From NCBI GenBank assembly GCA_035285545.1, contig JAYKGY010000020.1, positions 1-28,649 of the forward strand: a stretch of 28,649 nucleotides of DNA. The letters run 5' to 3'. A program made the translations under genes and the position numbers. How positions within the stretch are numbered: position 1 is the first letter of the stretch; each line of letters opens with the position of its first letter. A model generated the notes under the pieces. That model did not search any database. It was not told the origin of the DNA and saw only the letters and a program-made list of their open reading frames with translations. Below, one piece after another: positions 1 through 8,335 of this stretch. Origin of the DNA: Snowella sp. Its GTDB lineage: Bacteria > Cyanobacteriota > Cyanobacteriia > Cyanobacteriales > Microcystaceae.

Positions 1-1245
1 GTGGTTTGGTACAGCATTATTTGGACGTATGGCTTTTACCTGATGGGAGCCATGTATATTGTTGGCTCGGTTTTAAGTTGGATTCTCACGCTCTATCTTT
101 TATTTAAACTCTGGATACAAACAGAAGACACCCCCGAAGAAGAAAAAATTCAAGTTCCTATCATGATCTGGATTTGGATTATCGGAATGTTGGTGATGCA
201 AGTTGCCTTGGTGATTGGCCATTTGGATTTTGAATTATCGACAGGGGAAATCATTAAATCGTCTATCGGTTGGGCTAAAGGGTGGGCGGCGTTGGCGCTG
301 TATCCTCTGGTGGGGGTTCTTAATATTCGTCCCCAAATTATTTATCGAGCCACTTGCATTGTCTGTCTCCACACCCTAATCATTTCGCCCCTATTGATCA
401 TCGCCCCTATTCTGCGTTTTCCCGAAGTCTTGTATGTTTCACCACTCCGGGCGGTAGGCGGGCCAAGCAATCAATTTTTTGATGTGTCCTTCTATGAAGT
501 GGATTTTGATGGACAAATTCGTCAACGCTTGTTTACTCCCTGGGGCCCCGCCTTGGGTTTTGTTGCCAGCATTTACTTTGTTTTGATATTAAGTGAAAAA
601 AACACTAAATGGCGATGGTACGGAATTATTGGGTCTATTTATTTAGGCTATATTTGCAAATCTCGTTTAGCCTTGGTTTCGTTGTTGTTAACGCCTATTC
701 TTACAACTTTGTTATCCCGTCTAAGTCGTCCTTTTGTCTTAATGGCTTTAGGCGTTGTTAGCGCGATCGCGGGAGCCTTTGCACCGGCCATAATCACGCT
801 CTTTAATGACATTATGACCAAATTTACGGAAGCCAGGGCCGCCTCTAGTAGGGTTAGAAGAATTCTGAAAGAAATTGCAGGACACCGTTGGGAAACGGAA
901 GCTCCCATTTGGGGTCATGGCGTATTGGAAGCTGGGCCCCACGTAGTCGAATTTATGCCCATTGGTTCCCATCACACCTGGTTTGGATTACTGTTTGTCA
1001 GAGGGATTGTGGGGTTTTATGCCTTAGCAATTCCCATGCTGCTGAGCTTTTTTGTCTTAGTGATTAGATCCCAACGGCATGAAGTGGCAAGGGTGGGGCT
1101 AGGGATTTTAATTACGCTTTTTTTATATACTTTTGGCGAAAATTTAGAGATTTTAGCTTATCTGTACTGGCCAGGGTTAATTGTTATGGGCATTGCCTTC
1201 AAACCCGCTCCCCGTAATAAAGCGGTGATGGTGACCGAACCGTGA
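1..1245 (+). CDS. O-antigen ligase/Wzy-like polysaccharide polymerase family membrane protein (5' end probably outside the window)
   Basis: Many hydrophobic TM segments; CKSRLALV, SSRVR, APIWGHG and GSHHTWFGLLFVRGIVG motifs typical of Wzy_C/O-antigen ligase proteins; the ORF is open at base 1. Confidence 0.8.
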   Translation: MVWYSIIWTYGFYLMGAMYIVGSVLSWILTLYLLFKLWIQTEDTPEEEKIQVPIMIWIWIIGMLVMQVALVIGHLDFELSTGEIIKSSIGWAKGWAALALYPLVGVLNIRPQIIYRATCIVCLHTLIISPLLIIAPILRFPEVLYVSPLRAVGGPSNQFFDVSFYEVDFDGQIRQRLFTPWGPALGFVASIYFVLILSEKNTKWRWYGIIGSIYLGYICKSRLALVSLLLTPILTTLLSRLSRPFVLMALGVVSAIAGAFAPAIITLFNDIMTKFTEARAASSRVRRILKEIAGHRWETEAPIWGHGVLEAGPHVVEFMPIGSHHTWFGLLFVRGIVGFYALAIPMLLSFFVLVIRSQRHEVARVGLGILITLFLYTFGENLEILAYLYWPGLIVMGIAFKPAPRNKAVMVTEP

Positions 1246-1444
1246 AACACTCTTGCTAATTTTGGGGTCTAAGGAAAACAGCGATCGCCGCTGTTATCTT
1301 TCCTGACTCACCAACAGACGCTATTTAACCCATCGGGGTGAAGATAGAAGCCTCAATCGACGATATGATGAGGGGATGCTTGGCGGGATTCGTTAAACTT
1401 AATCTATACTTCTAATCTTATTCCTCAAGATAAAATTGTGCGTT

Positions 1445-1972
1445 ATGAAACTTTTCTTTGCTTCTTTAATTCAACAACCCAGACAATGGCGACTGTTGGG
1501 GGTATTACTCACCAGTTTGACAGCCGGACTTGTGTTGACGAGTAATGGTTGGCAAAGTGCTCAGGCTCAGACAAATGCCCCCAGTAGCCCCATGACCGTT
1601 CGTTCGGATATTCAAGAGGCCAATTCCCAAACGGGAGTCGTAACCGCGAGGGGGAATGTCCAGGTTTATTATCCTGCCCGACAAATGCAAGCAACCGCTG
1701 CCCAAGCCCAGTATTTTAGTCGGGAACGTCGCTTAGTTCTCTATGGCAATGTCTATGTCCTACAAGAAGGCAATAGTATGCGGGCAGAAACCATGACTTA
1801 CTTAATTGACGAAGGCCGATTTGTCGCCAATCCTCAAGCCAGTCAACAGGTAGAGTCTATTTATTTGGTTAAGGAAACCGAAAATAATAACGCAGCTCCT
1901 GCCCAACCTAGCCCAAGAGAAAGCCTTCCTTTTGCGGACGAACCTTTGCCTCCATTAACCCCCAATCCCTAA
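1445..1972 (+). CDS. lptA: LptA/OstA family LPS transport periplasmic protein
   Basis: Signal-like N-terminus; TVRSDIQEANSQTGVVTARGNVQ and LYGNVYVLQEGNSMRAE beta-jellyroll motifs; directly upstream of lptB. ATG at 1445 preferred over TTG at 1436. Confidence 0.85.
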   Translation: MKLFFASLIQQPRQWRLLGVLLTSLTAGLVLTSNGWQSAQAQTNAPSSPMTVRSDIQEANSQTGVVTARGNVQVYYPARQMQATAAQAQYFSRERRLVLYGNVYVLQEGNSMRAETMTYLIDEGRFVANPQASQQVESIYLVKETENNNAAPAQPSPRESLPFADEPLPPLTPNP

Positions 1973-1995
1973 GTTTATTAACTGCGAAATTCATT

Positions 1996-2724
1996 GTGAC
2001 ACTGGTTTTAGAGAATATTCATAAGCTGTATGGGAAACGTTGCGTCGTTAATCGTGTTAACGTTCGGGTTGCCCCTGGGGAGATTGTGGGTTTATTAGGG
2101 CCAAACGGAGCAGGAAAAACCACCACGTTTTATATCGCAACGGGTTTAGTTAAACCGAATACGGGCAAAGTCTGGCTGAATCAAAAAGATATTACCAAAT
2201 TATCCCTGAATAAGCGGGCTAGAATGGGAATTGGCTACATGACCCAGCAGGCCAGCATTTTTCGGCATTTGGATGTGCGAGAGAATATTTTATTAGCTTT
2301 AGAGCAAACGGGGGTATCTTTTCCCCAACGCCAGCATCGCTTACTGGAGTTATTGGCAGAGTTCCGCTTAGAAAAGGTAGCCCATACCAAGGGGTCTCAG
2401 GTTTCGGGGGGAGAGCGGCGACGTACCGAATTAGCCAGAGCGTTAGCAGTCGGCATGAAAGGCCCAGAATTTTTACTGTTAGATGAACCGTTTGCTGGCG
2501 TTGATCCGATTGCGGTTTCTGAGATCCAGACTCTGATTGCTCAACTGCGCGATCGCCAAATGGGGATTTTAATTACTGACCATAACGTGCGGGAAACCCT
2601 GGCTATTACCAATCGAGCTTACATTATGCGGGATGGGCAAATTTTAGCGACAGGGAGTGCAGAGGAACTCTACAATAATCCTCTAGTCCGGCAATATTAT
2701 CTCGGCGAGAATTTTCAACTTTAA
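1996..2724 (+). CDS. lptB: LPS export ABC transporter ATP-binding protein
   Basis: Walker A GPNGAGKTTTF, signature VSGGERRRTELARAL, LLDEPFAGVDPIAV, ITDHNVRETL and C-terminal VRQYYLGENF are LptB-specific. Confidence 0.95.
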   Translation: MTLVLENIHKLYGKRCVVNRVNVRVAPGEIVGLLGPNGAGKTTTFYIATGLVKPNTGKVWLNQKDITKLSLNKRARMGIGYMTQQASIFRHLDVRENILLALEQTGVSFPQRQHRLLELLAEFRLEKVAHTKGSQVSGGERRRTELARALAVGMKGPEFLLLDEPFAGVDPIAVSEIQTLIAQLRDRQMGILITDHNVRETLAITNRAYIMRDGQILATGSAEELYNNPLVRQYYLGENFQL

Positions 2725-2737
2725 TGGCACTTTAAGA

Positions 2738-3931
2738 ATGATAGCAAAAAGCGACACGACGAAAAGCGGGTTGAAACCCTCGATTGCAGGACGACTCCCT
2801 GGCTTATCTGTCATGGATCGCTACATTTTTATCGAGCTACTGTTGCCCTTTCTCTTTGGTATGGGGTTATTTACCTCATTAGGGCTATCCATTGGCACAC
2901 TGTTCGACCTAGTGCGTCGAGTGACGGAATCGGGCTTACCCGTCATGATTGCCGTTAAAATTTTGGTACTCAAAATGCCAGATTTTATCGTTTTGGCCTT
3001 TCCCATGTCCATGTTGCTGTCCAGTTTAATGGCCTATAGCCGTCTGTCGAGTGATAGTGAAATTATTGCCCTGCGGAGTATTGGGGTAAATGTTTATCGC
3101 ATGGTGGTTCCTGCGTTGATTTTTGGTCTATTAATTACGGGATTAGCCTTTATTTTTAACGATCAAGTGACCCCTGCGGCTAACCGAGAATCGGCTGCAA
3201 CCTTAGAGCGGGCTGTCAATCAAGACCGTCCCCCGATGCAGGAGCGTAATATTATTTATCCTGAGTACGGAAAGGTGAAACAACCCGATGGCAACGAACA
3301 AACCGTGCTAACTCGTTTATTTTATGCCGAAGAGTTCAATGGGTCTGACATGAAAGGGTTGACCATTCTCGACCGTACCCAGTCAGGGGTTAATCAAGTG
3401 GTGACGGCGGAATCGGCAACCTGGAATATCAGTAGTAATATCTGGGATTTTTATAACGGCACTGTTTACCTCATTGCCCCTGATGGTTCCTACCGCAATA
3501 TTGTGCGTTTTAAACACCAACAGTTGGCCTTACCCCGCGCTCCGTTGGATATGGCTAACCGCGATCGCCCCTATGGAGAAATGAGTATTGCCGATGCTCA
3601 AGAGTATTTGAAAGTGGTGACCTTAAGTGGCGACGAAAAAAAGATTCGTAAGCTAAAAGTGCGGATTCAGGAAAAAATGGCCCTCCCAGTGGTTTGCTTT
3701 GTATTTGGATTAATTGGGGCTGCCCTGGGAGTTCGTCCCCAAAATACCAATAAAGCCACCAGTTTCGGGATCTGTGTTGGTTTAATTTTTTCCTATTACC
3801 TCCTATCCTTTTTAACTAGCTCAATGGGGATTTGGGGGATTTTAACGCCCTTTTTAGCCGCTTGGTTACCCAATATGTTAGGCATTAGCGCAGGCACCCT
3901 ACTACTCATCCAATCCTCTCGCCTACGTTAA
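2738..3931 (+). CDS. LptF/LptG (YjgP/YjgQ) family LPS export permease
   Basis: MDRYIFIELLLPF and RLSSDSEIIALRSIGV motifs; 3+3 TM layout around a periplasmic domain; follows lptB. Confidence 0.9.
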   Translation: MIAKSDTTKSGLKPSIAGRLPGLSVMDRYIFIELLLPFLFGMGLFTSLGLSIGTLFDLVRRVTESGLPVMIAVKILVLKMPDFIVLAFPMSMLLSSLMAYSRLSSDSEIIALRSIGVNVYRMVVPALIFGLLITGLAFIFNDQVTPAANRESAATLERAVNQDRPPMQERNIIYPEYGKVKQPDGNEQTVLTRLFYAEEFNGSDMKGLTILDRTQSGVNQVVTAESATWNISSNIWDFYNGTVYLIAPDGSYRNIVRFKHQQLALPRAPLDMANRDRPYGEMSIADAQEYLKVVTLSGDEKKIRKLKVRIQEKMALPVVCFVFGLIGAALGVRPQNTNKATSFGICVGLIFSYYLLSFLTSSMGIWGILTPFLAAWLPNMLGISAGTLLLIQSSRLR

Positions 3932-4071
3932 GGTTCCGTCTTGTTGAGGTTCAAACCCTTGTGAGATTAGCTATCTTGGGCTATCTAGAGGTAGCCTACT
4001 ATTTCTCTTTTTAAAATTTTTTCTACACACCTATAGAAAATTTCAAAGAAATGGGTTATCCTATTATTAGA

Positions 4072-4144
4072 TGGAGGTAAGCGGACTCGAACCGCTGACA
4101 TCCTGCTTGCAAAGCAGGCGCTCTACCAACTGAGCTATACCCCC
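4072..4144 (-). tRNA. trnA: tRNA-Ala (anticodon UGC), CCA not encoded
   Basis: Minus strand reads GGGGGTATAGCTCAGTTGGTAGAGCGCCTGCTTTGCAAGCAGGATGTCAGCGGTTCGAGTCCGCTTACCTCCA (73 nt): full cloverleaf, G3:U70 alanine determinant, TGC anticodon. Confidence 0.97.
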
Positions 4145-4189
4145 TGAAATTGCTTGGCGATAAATTATTTAATTTTTTTCGCTTTTGCT

Positions 4190-4219
4190 ATTATAGTCAT
4201 AGACTGCAACAATAATCAA
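4190..4219 (-). promoter_or_regulatory. Putative sigma70-type promoter for tRNA-Ala
   Basis: Minus strand TTGATT-N18-TATAAT, ~45 nt upstream of the tRNA 5' end. Confidence 0.55.
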
Positions 4220-4240
4220 GTATTTTTTTTATGTTACCCG

Positions 4241-5143
4241 ATGACTTATTTGGTGAGCACTTTTTATAAGTTTGTCCGATTAACTAATTTGGAGGAAAAG
4301 CGATCGCGTTGGTTAGCTTATTGCCAAGATAAAAGCATTAAAGGCACGATTCTATTAGCATCAGAAGGCATTAATGGGACATTAGCGGGATTTCCTGACG
4401 CGATCGCGGACTTTTTTGCTTTGCTCAGAGCCGAATCAGGTCTCAACGATCTCAGCACCAAGGATACCTGGGCAGAAACCTTCCCCTTTGAGCGGATGAA
4501 GATCAAACTCAAGCCCGAAATCGTGACCTTGGGTCAAGCGGGTGTTGATCCAACCCAACAAGTCGGCATCTATGTCGCGCCCCAAGATTGGAATCGTTTA
4601 ATTCAAGACCCAGAAGTGCTTGTTCTGGATACTCGTAATAATTATGAAGTCAGGGTTGGAACTTTTCAGGGAGCAATCAATCCTCAAACTCAATCCTTTC
4701 GAGAATTCCCTGATTATGTAGAACAAAATCTCAATCCCCAAGACCATCCTAAAATTGCCATGTTTTGTACGGGAGGGATTCGCTGCGAAAAAGCTTCATC
4801 ATTTTTGCTCAATCGGGGGTTCCAAGAAGTTTATCATCTAAAAGGAGGTATTTTAAACTATTTAGCTGAAATTCCGTCCACAGAAAGTCTTTGGCAAGGC
4901 GAATGCTTTGTCTTTGACCAACGGGTTGCTGTGCAACATGGACTAGAAGAAGGCACCTATGATCTGTGTCCTGCCTGTGGCTCCCCTATTTCCGAAAGTG
5001 ATAAGTTGTCTTACACTGATCAAGCAGGGGTTAGTTGTCCGTATTGTTTTTCTTCCTTGACACCAGAAACAAAAATTAAGCAGGAAAAACAACCGCAATT
5101 AGGTAAGATCGAAGCGAACGAATTCGTCTCGACTATCAACTAA
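4241..5143 (+). CDS. trhO: Rhodanese-domain tRNA uridine(34) hydroxylase (YceA/UPF0176 family)
   Basis: GTILLASEGINGT, KIKLKPEIVTLG, DTRNNYE, MFCTGGIRCEKAS, HLKGGILNY, GECFVFDQR and a C-terminal Cys cluster. ATG at 4241 preferred over TTG at 4154, which would overlap the tRNA promoter. Confidence 0.9.
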   Translation: MTYLVSTFYKFVRLTNLEEKRSRWLAYCQDKSIKGTILLASEGINGTLAGFPDAIADFFALLRAESGLNDLSTKDTWAETFPFERMKIKLKPEIVTLGQAGVDPTQQVGIYVAPQDWNRLIQDPEVLVLDTRNNYEVRVGTFQGAINPQTQSFREFPDYVEQNLNPQDHPKIAMFCTGGIRCEKASSFLLNRGFQEVYHLKGGILNYLAEIPSTESLWQGECFVFDQRVAVQHGLEEGTYDLCPACGSPISESDKLSYTDQAGVSCPYCFSSLTPETKIKQEKQPQLGKIEANEFVSTIN

Positions 5144-5300
5144 TCATCTTCTTTGTGAAGATATACCAACGAGAAAGGTTCACAAAATCAAATATCAGTT
5201 ATATATTTATGACTATCATTTATTTTGATCACTTTCTCAATTCCGATACGCTCTATCTGAGCAACTTTCCACAAAACTCAAACAAGAAGTAATAACGGTA

Positions 5301-5696
5301 ATGAAACCTTACTCAGTTGATTTACGCCAAAAAGTTTTAGACACTTATCTAAAGAATAAAACTAGCATTCGAGAAACCGCTGAAAGATTTAATGTCAGTG
5401 ATAGTTTTGTTCGTAAATTAATCAAACGTCATCAACAGACGGGCAGTATCGAGCCGAAACCGCATAGTGGTGGGGCTTCTGCTAAATTAACGTCCGAACA
5501 CTATTCTTTAATCGAAAAGGTTGTTGCTGAAGAACATAATGTCACTTTAGCAACTTTATGTGAACGGATGGAAAATCAAACCGGCATTCGTGTAAGTGTA
5601 CCAACCATGTGTCGTATTTTACAACGATTGAAATTGAAAAAGAACAAAAGACCTCCCCTTCCGGTTGAGTCTCAAACGGCAGAAGAGGAGTCATAA
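5301..5696 (+). CDS. IS630-transposase-related HTH protein (DNA-binding part only, no DDE domain)
   Basis: MKPYSVDLRQKV...SIRETAERFNVS...TLATLCE...VSVPTMCRILQRLKL matches the IS630 N-terminal/ORF A pattern; only 61 nt separate it from the convergent peptidase, so no catalytic ORF follows. Confidence 0.8.
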   Translation: MKPYSVDLRQKVLDTYLKNKTSIRETAERFNVSDSFVRKLIKRHQQTGSIEPKPHSGGASAKLTSEHYSLIEKVVAEEHNVTLATLCERMENQTGIRVSVPTMCRILQRLKLKKNKRPPLPVESQTAEEES

Positions 5697-5757
5697 CCGG
5701 CAAAGAAATCAGAACGGGAGTTTTGGTCATTGATTATCTGACTCATTGGATAGCTTT

Positions 5758-7050
5758 TTAGCCAATACTCCCCAGACTAGGGCGCATCAGCGTAATGGCA
5801 TAACGTTCTGGAGATAGATATTGCCTGGCTAAACGTTTTAGGTCACTTGCTTGAAACTGTTGGATTTTGAGCGGATATTTTACGGCTAGGGTCGCTGAGG
5901 CTAAGGTCTGATAGTAGCCATACAAGCCTGCTATCTGTCCAGGGGTTTCAGTTGAAAAGATATAGTCATGGCAGAGTAGGCGTTTAGCCCTTTCTAATTC
6001 AATCTCTAAGATATCTTGGCATTGCAGCCGATAAAGATGCTCTTGGATACCTGTTTCGACTTGCTCTAAATGATGGGGGTCTAAATAAGCATTAATGGTA
6101 AAAAGGCTAGAGTCCTGTTGCAGGGAAAAGCTGCTATAAATGTCTAAAACCAAACCTTTATCTTCACGAAATTCCCTGACGAGACGGGAACATCGCCCTC
6201 CTGCTAAGACGGCAGATAGGAGATCTAAGCCGAATCCGTCCTCTAATTGTTCAATTCCTGGCCCTATCCAGCCCATCAATAAACGTGCCTGGCTTAAATT
6301 CGGTACGACTAATTCTTGTCGCCGAATGGTAATTAAAGGGGGTTCGGCTTCGATAACCGTTGGTGGACATTCAGACCGCGCCCCAAATTCCTGAAAAGAA
6401 TTTTCGACTAAGGCGATCGCGGCTTTTTCCGTCACATTTCCGATTAATACAACCGTCATATTTTCGGGCTGATAATGGGTTCGATGGAAACACCGCATTT
6501 GATTGGGGGAATGTAGCATTAATTGTGCTTCTTCCCCTAAAATTGAACGTCCATAGGGATGATACTGATACAGGCTACGACATAAATTTTGGAAGGCGAA
6601 CCAATCGGGGTCATCATAACTCCCTCGCAGTTCTTCTAAAACGACATCCCGTTCATAATAAAATTCTTCATCGGGAATTTCCGCTTGTAGCAGGATTTCT
6701 GCCAGGTAGGGCAAGGTATCACCCATATAGTCAGAAGCGGTAGTGAGGAAAAAATGGGCGTAATCATGGCTAGTTGCCGCATTTGTCATTCCGCCCGTAT
6801 GTTCTACAATTTGGTCAAAGACACCGGGGGCAATGCGTTTGGTGCCTTTAAAAATCATGTGCTCCAAAAAGTGGGCCATGCCTCCCCAATCATTGGGTTC
6901 TGCGATCGCCCCTGCACCGACCCAAACATCGACAACAGCCACAGGAATAGCCGGCAAATACTGATGAATTAACGTTAATCCTGAATTTAGCGTTAGAATT
7001 TGAGCAGGAAAATAATGGTTGAATAGCTTTTCCAAGAATCTAAGCAGCAA
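5758..7050 (-). CDS. M16 family (pitrilysin/insulinase) zinc peptidase
   Basis: Inverted zincin motif GMAHFLEHMIFKGT, NAATSHD, ERDVVLEE, HPYGRSILG, SRLVREFRE; start codon uncertain. Confidence 0.9.
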   Translation of the reverse strand: MLLRFLEKLFNHYFPAQILTLNSGLTLIHQYLPAIPVAVVDVWVGAGAIAEPNDWGGMAHFLEHMIFKGTKRIAPGVFDQIVEHTGGMTNAATSHDYAHFFLTTASDYMGDTLPYLAEILLQAEIPDEEFYYERDVVLEELRGSYDDPDWFAFQNLCRSLYQYHPYGRSILGEEAQLMLHSPNQMRCFHRTHYQPENMTVVLIGNVTEKAAIALVENSFQEFGARSECPPTVIEAEPPLITIRRQELVVPNLSQARLLMGWIGPGIEQLEDGFGLDLLSAVLAGGRCSRLVREFREDKGLVLDIYSSFSLQQDSSLFTINAYLDPHHLEQVETGIQEHLYRLQCQDILEIELERAKRLLCHDYIFSTETPGQIAGLYGYYQTLASATLAVKYPLKIQQFQASDLKRLARQYLSPERYAITLMRPSLGSIG

Positions 7051-7177
7051 TCAAATTAAATCATTTCTTAATCTTAGATTATCTGGTTCTTAACGTGTTG
7101 TGAGCATCCTGAACTTTATCCAGAAACCTTAACCTAAAAGGATTGAATACTGGCTTAATCTTATTCGTGCCAGAGAT

Positions 7178-7360
7178 AGCACCGCTGCGCCGTTTTACCT
7201 CAGTTTATGACCTGGTTTAACCAGGTGGGTGCCGTTGGTTTCCGTATTCGTTTCCGAGTACTGGCTCGGTCTACTGCAACAAAACACTTTAATAGCTCCC
7301 AAAGTTTTTTAAGCATAGATCAAAAAACTTTATTGGCAGTCACCAACGCAGCAGTTGCTT
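7178..7360 (-). ncRNA. ssaA: 6S RNA (cyanobacterial 6Sa RNA)
   Basis: ~180 nt. The 5' AGCAACTGCTGCGTTG pairs with the 3' CGGCGCAGCGGTGCT; internal hairpins AAAGTTTTTT/AAAAAACTTT and ACCTGGTT/AACCAGGT; contains GGCACCCACCTG, which I recall from 6S RNAs; TACAAT box just upstream. Confidence 0.88.
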
Positions 7361-7367
7361 AAAGATC

Positions 7368-7373
7368 ATTGTA
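7368..7373 (-). promoter_or_regulatory. -10 element of the 6S RNA promoter
   Basis: TACAAT on the minus strand, 7 nt before the predicted 5' end (~7360). Confidence 0.6.
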
Positions 7374-7400
7374 ACGTAAATTTCTAAGAAATCGAATCAG

Positions 7401-8321
7401 CTAGGGTTGCCGACGGCTACCAAAAAGATGGGTATAAACATAGCTAAATTCACATCCCAGAAAAAAGATCTGAAAAATCAAATAAATCCACAACAATAAG
7501 ACCATCACATTGCCAATGACCCCATAGGCTCGGAATTGCTCTCCAATTTGGATGAATCCACTACTGACCAAGTTTTGCAATAGCATCAGTAAAAAGACCG
7601 TCAGAACCGCCCCTAGCCAAATATCTTGCCATTTTACCCGACTCGAAGGCAGGACTTTAAATAAGCCCATAATGACCGCCATAATCAGAAAGAAGGAAAT
7701 ACCAATCTGTAATCCTCGAATGAGGAGCAAATTGTCTATCCTAACGCCGGTGATGACGTTTTCAAATTGTTTCACAATGGTTAGGATGATTTGAATGGCA
7801 ACATTGCTTAACATTGAGGCCAATAAGACTAGGACGGTGCTGAGGACAAGAAAAAACGCTAAGATTTTATCTTTTACAAAACTAATAATATGTTCTTTGA
7901 CCCCTTGATTGGGTTGGGGTTGATTATGAATATCCCAAATCTTGTCAACAGAACGATTGAGGGCTTCAAAAATCTTACTGGCGGTGAGTAATAGCAGAAA
8001 AAAACCGACTAATCCTGCGCCAATGCTGCTCTGATTCAAATTTAATAGGGTTTCTTTAAAAATTTTAAAGGGTTCAGCCGGTAGAATATTTTGCGCGACG
8101 GTTAACAATTGAGTATGGGTATCGGTGGTTGGGCCTAAAATAAATCCGACAATACTTAAAATCACTAAGCAGATGGGAAACAGCGAGAAAAGAGCGTAGT
8201 AGGCCAAGGCCGCCCCCATTTCTAAGCACTCATCTTTTTGCCATTTAACAATTGTTTGAATCCCAAGCTGGGCAAATTTAGAGGGGAGAATGCGATCGCG
8301 AAAATAGCGGGTATAGTCCAT
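7401..8321 (-). CDS. YihY/virulence factor BrkB family membrane protein
   Basis: MGAALAYYALFSLFP, ALNRSVDKIW and AYGVIGNVMVLLLWIYLIFQIFFLGCEF motifs. Confidence 0.9.
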   Translation of the reverse strand: MDYTRYFRDRILPSKFAQLGIQTIVKWQKDECLEMGAALAYYALFSLFPICLVILSIVGFILGPTTDTHTQLLTVAQNILPAEPFKIFKETLLNLNQSSIGAGLVGFFLLLLTASKIFEALNRSVDKIWDIHNQPQPNQGVKEHIISFVKDKILAFFLVLSTVLVLLASMLSNVAIQIILTIVKQFENVITGVRIDNLLLIRGLQIGISFFLIMAVIMGLFKVLPSSRVKWQDIWLGAVLTVFLLMLLQNLVSSGFIQIGEQFRAYGVIGNVMVLLLWIYLIFQIFFLGCEFSYVYTHLFGSRRQP

Positions 8322-8335
8322 ATAGCGTTAATAAA

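Noticed and set aside
4072..4144. tRNA as an integration site for the island
   Set aside because: No integrase nearby, no duplicated tRNA 3' end seen, and both flanks are core genes
4154..4240. N-terminal extension of trhO from TTG 4154
   Set aside because: AT-rich, overlaps the tRNA promoter, and family similarity begins at ATG 4241
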